Assembly: GCA_018398765.1 (NCBI GenBank)
Contig: JAHBMJ010000207.1
Coordinates: 1 to 54,086, forward strand
Reading direction: 5' to 3'
Length of the DNA: 54,086 nucleotides
DNA from: Chromera velia
Taxonomy: Eukaryota
Positions 50,799 through 54,086 of the stretch are shown in pieces. Position numbers and translations under genes: made by a program. The notes below the pieces were generated by a model, which made no database searches, was not told the DNA's origin, and saw only the letters and a list, made by a program, of their open reading frames with translations. Position 1 is the stretch's first letter; every line of letters starts with the position of its first letter.

Positions 50799-51825
50799 AT
50801 TATAACAACAGTAGGCGATGCACCGCAGATTACAAATCTCGTCCTCAGGTTACAAATGTTGCCACAGTTTGTCTTCTCTCTTCTGCTTTTGTTTCGTGTG
50901 GTGTGGTGATGTATGAATGGTCAAATCGGTGCTATGCCACGCCAATAGGGCTAGACAGTGTGACGGGGTTTCACATTGTGGCATGACTGTTGTGTTTGAA
51001 CGGCTTTTGTGGTTTCACACACATCGGAGAAGTGAAAATGGGCACCTGTTGACCCATTTGAAAAAAGCCTTTATGCAAAACTTGCATGAAAATTTGTATT
51101 TAATTGTGGGGACCATGCATATAAATTACGCTTTTTTTGCGTCGTTTTCGCACGCACCGCGCGCGTGACAATACCTTGATCGAGTCAAAACTTCTTTTAA
51201 ACAGTAGTGCATGTGCATGCACGGCCTGGGAGTGTGTAACAGTTATTTATGAAGGCGCGCCGAAGGCGCGGCGATTAATAATTAACGGTTATGCGGCTTA
51301 TGTCAGGTCTCTAGCGAAAAATCTATAAATTTGATGTACTCCGTGTGAATAACCCAGAAAGCGAAATTAACTTTGGACTACTTTAGACTGGTGATTCCAT
51401 ACAATTACATGTTTTAAGTCTCCTTCTCAGCGATGTTTCCGCGGGGTATCATACTACATATGCGTGCGTCAGTTTTTTAATCGAAGATTCGTGCTCATCC
51501 ACGCGCCCCCACCTCAACTCTTTGTAAGTGTCCCTCAGCTGCAGTACGCTTTGCGGGCCAAACTCCTAGCGAATAACGGGTACTACCCTCAATCATCAGT
51601 TACTACTAGTTACTATCCGTTCAAAGAAGTTGTTTTTTAAAGTGTAATTTAGTAGATGAACCCTCATTTCAAACCATCAAATTTACTCTTCAATAAGATC
51701 GGTGCTTAAGGTCCGTAATTATCGGCGTAATATAACGACACTGCATGAACATTTCTTTGCCTGGTACAGCCTGAATTTTTTTTTAGGAAGTAACAACAAT
51801 TATGAATAAAAACATAGCCTTGTGT

Positions 51826-52058
51826 AACCTCCCTGAACCTAAGTGTCACTTAAAAAAATATAATCAAGATCATCTCTATCTGCGGCATCTTTTTTGAAGA
51901 GACCGTCCACGCTTGCGGTATAGACGGTCAAGACACCGTCCAGATATGCGGTTTTAGCTTTCAAAACACCATAAATGATCCGCGCCTGCAGCGCGGACTT
52001 TCAAGTTTATCCAAAAAGTGGCTTAAACTTTCAAGTGGTAGTTAGATTCAGGGAGGTC
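51826..52058 (+). mobile_element. MITE copy 1 (233 bp) with 8-bp TSD
   Basis: TIR AACCTCCCTGAACCTAAGTGTCACTT ... AAGTGGTAGTTAGATTCAGGGAGGTC. Perfect TSD CCTTGTGT at 51818-51825 and 52059-52066. Confidence 0.85.
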
Positions 52059-52124
52059 CCTTGTGTTACGTAGGGAGTATAACACTGTACTAAAATATAA
52101 ATGTTATGCATTTACTGCAGCATT

Positions 52125-52358
52125 GACCTCCCTAAACCTAACTATCACTTAAAAGTTTAAACCGCATTTTTGGATAAGTTTAAAAGTTTGCGCCGCAGGC
52201 ACGGATCATTTACAGTGTCTTAAAAGCCAAAGCCACATATCTGAACGGTGTTTTGACTGTCTACACCACAGGTATGGACAACTTCTTGGAAAACGATGCC
52301 GCAGATAGAGATCATCTTGATTATATTTTTTGAAGTGGCACTTAAGTTCAGGGAGGTT
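52125..52358 (-). mobile_element. MITE copy 2 (234 bp), same family, inverted
   Basis: Its reverse complement aligns end to end with copy 1 (about 83% identity by hand). Flanks GCAGCATT / ATAGCATT match 6/8 and both mismatches are transitions. Confidence 0.85.
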
Positions 52359-52399
52359 ATAGCATTATCACTAAACATCACTAAATGTCTGGAACACAC

Positions 52400-52512
52400 T
52401 GCTTCGGCGGGCCCCGAGGGTAGGGTCTGATACCTTAGCCTAGCTCAGGAACGCCCCGCCCTGCTAGCTCTGGCAATAGATAGACATAGCGGGAAGGCCT
52501 AGTGCGGAACCT

Positions 52513-52540
<28 letters not shown>
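52400..52540 (+). mobile_element. Possible 3' end of a truncated LINE/SINE with (ATCA)n tail
   Basis: A ~110-bp GC-rich island ends in GGAACCT(ATCA)7 within AT-rich DNA. Confidence 0.4.
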
Positions 52541-52543
<3 letters not shown>

Positions 52544-52871
52544 CTCAAATGTTAACACTAAGATTTCTTATTTATAACGTTGAAGAACTCTAACACATTT
52601 TTAATTTAAAAGAAGTTTACAGTGTACTAAGAACAATTGAATTCAGTGTGTAAAATTTGTATTCAAAAAACAGTTAAATGAAAAAAGAAAGGTGAAAACC
52701 CCTATATTATACGATTCCTCTAGGTGATTGCTTCAATTAATGCTGTGTTCACTGGCGATTCTTACAACTTAAGCATTTGTACTGCTGATACGACACATTA
52801 TGCAAGACAACAACTTTGAAAGTACGATACAAAAAAGGCAATTGGGTGTAAGCGAATGACATGCACAAAGA

Positions 52872-53983
52872 CTAAAGCCATCCCACATTCTCAAGGTCCC
52901 TTCTATACTGCAAGAGGGTAGCGGGAGAGAGTGCAGCCAAGTAGAAGGCAAAGAGCACCAGGCACGCGGCCACGAAACCCAAAGTCCCTCCTCGTTGAAG
53001 GAGGACGTAGACGAAAGCAAGAACAGCCACAGCTTCCTGCAGAGGACGAACCGAAGAGCAGATCGAAAGGAACTTTGAGTAAGAAATTTAAAGCCTGATC
53101 GGCTGGCTGATCGGGCTCTTGCTCTAGAAACACAAGAAACCTTTTCGTCTCTCCACCCCTCTTCCGCCCCCCCCCCCCACGGCCTNNNNNNNNNGGCCTT
53201 TCTCTCTCTCTTTCTCCCTGCCTCTGTCCTTCCTCTCCCTCCCGCCTCTCTTTCTCTCACTCACACACGCCGGACAAGGAGAAAGGGGAAGAAGGCTAAT
53301 GGGAGCATGAAACTCATACATACTTCGACCCTCACACGGAATTCATGCACCATGAAGACAACAACTCTGCCGACCGACCAGGATAACCACAGCGTCTGCT
53401 GCCGCCCTGCCCAACTCCCTGGACAGGGGCTCCTCCGGGTCGAACATGCAAAGCCCCGCAAACGACTCGGCTGACGCCCCGCAAGAGGATCCCGAGACCT
53501 CTCCGCTCTCCGAGACGCTCACAGATGGACCCACTCGAGAGAGGGGCCTGTGTCAAGGAGACAAACACACACAGAGACCAAAAAAGAGGAGGAAGAAGAA
53601 GGAGCAAACACGGTTACATGCAATGAAAGAGACAGGACGGAACGACGGCCTCAGAACGGAAGGACTGAGGAATTCAAGACAGAAACAGACAAGAACCACG
53701 CACATATGGACAAGGAAACACACAGAAGGAGGCGCGAAATGGAAACCCAAGCAGTGGAGTACGAACAAAAAAGAAGACGGAAAGGAAGATGGACATATGA
53801 ACAAGTCATACAACACCAAGGAAAAACCACGAAAAACACCCAAAAAAGATTACGCCCTATGCTGTGTTTTTCTTCAAATGTTTTTCTCTACTGCATCTCC
53901 ATCCACGCCTCTCCTCCGACTGCTCACTTAAATCTGATCGTGTCATCTTTGTGGCCGATCTTGTAAAGCAATCCCATCACAGC
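52872..53983 (-). CDS. 3' part of a membrane protein gene; exons 53983-53928, 53547-53379, 53036-52872; 5' part outside the window
   Basis: Phase-compatible GT-AG splicing gives 'AVMGLLYKIGHKDDTIRFK|PLSRVGPSV...AAADAVVIL|EAVAVLAFVYVLLQRGGTLGFVAACLVLFAFYLAALSPATLLQYRRDLENVGWL*' with two hydrophobic helices. Confidence 0.65.
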
Positions 53984-54086
53984 CTGCACACACACGCACA
54001 CGCACACCGGAACACACGCAAGCACATACGCATTCACGCAAACAGACGAAGGTGGAGAAAACGAGAAAGAGAGAGAGAGAGGGGGG

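Noticed and set aside
1..54086. tRNA, rRNA or snRNA genes
   Set aside because: None recognised by eye. A tRNAscan-SE or Infernal run is needed to exclude them.

Overview
Eukaryotic, intron-rich genomic DNA. Gene-bearing blocks of moderate GC alternate with AT-rich islands full of transposon remnants. Microsatellite-filled introns, ApiAP2-like domains, many TGCATG motifs and CBM20 plus 'CEHGR..CKECGG' repeat genes point to a chromerid alveolate such as Chromera velia (inference, not verified). Supported genes: FAM98-like (minus, two exons, 45-bp minisatellite in the intron), an Acyl_transf_3-like membrane O-acyltransferase, a head-to-head pair of CBM20/Cys-His repeat paralogs, a large low-complexity protein, a myeloid leukemia factor (MLF) homolog, a small secreted Cys-rich protein, a multi-exon coiled-coil gene and the 3' end of a membrane protein gene. 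Relics and mobile DNA: a decayed tandem AP2-domain gene, a CRE/R2-type non-LTR retroelement fragment, a hAT-type MITE with a perfect 8-bp TSD, a TA-flanked foldback MITE, two inverted copies of one MITE and two LINE-like 3' tails. Best leads: (1) the CBM20 proteins carry an NLS-like motif and 18-aa zinc-binding repeats whose variation concentrates in one basic window, like a TALE/ZF modular code; (2) repeats and relics show a strong transition bias and probable Gln-to-stop changes, suggesting RIP-like or methylation-driven genome defence. All gene models and alignments were done by eye.
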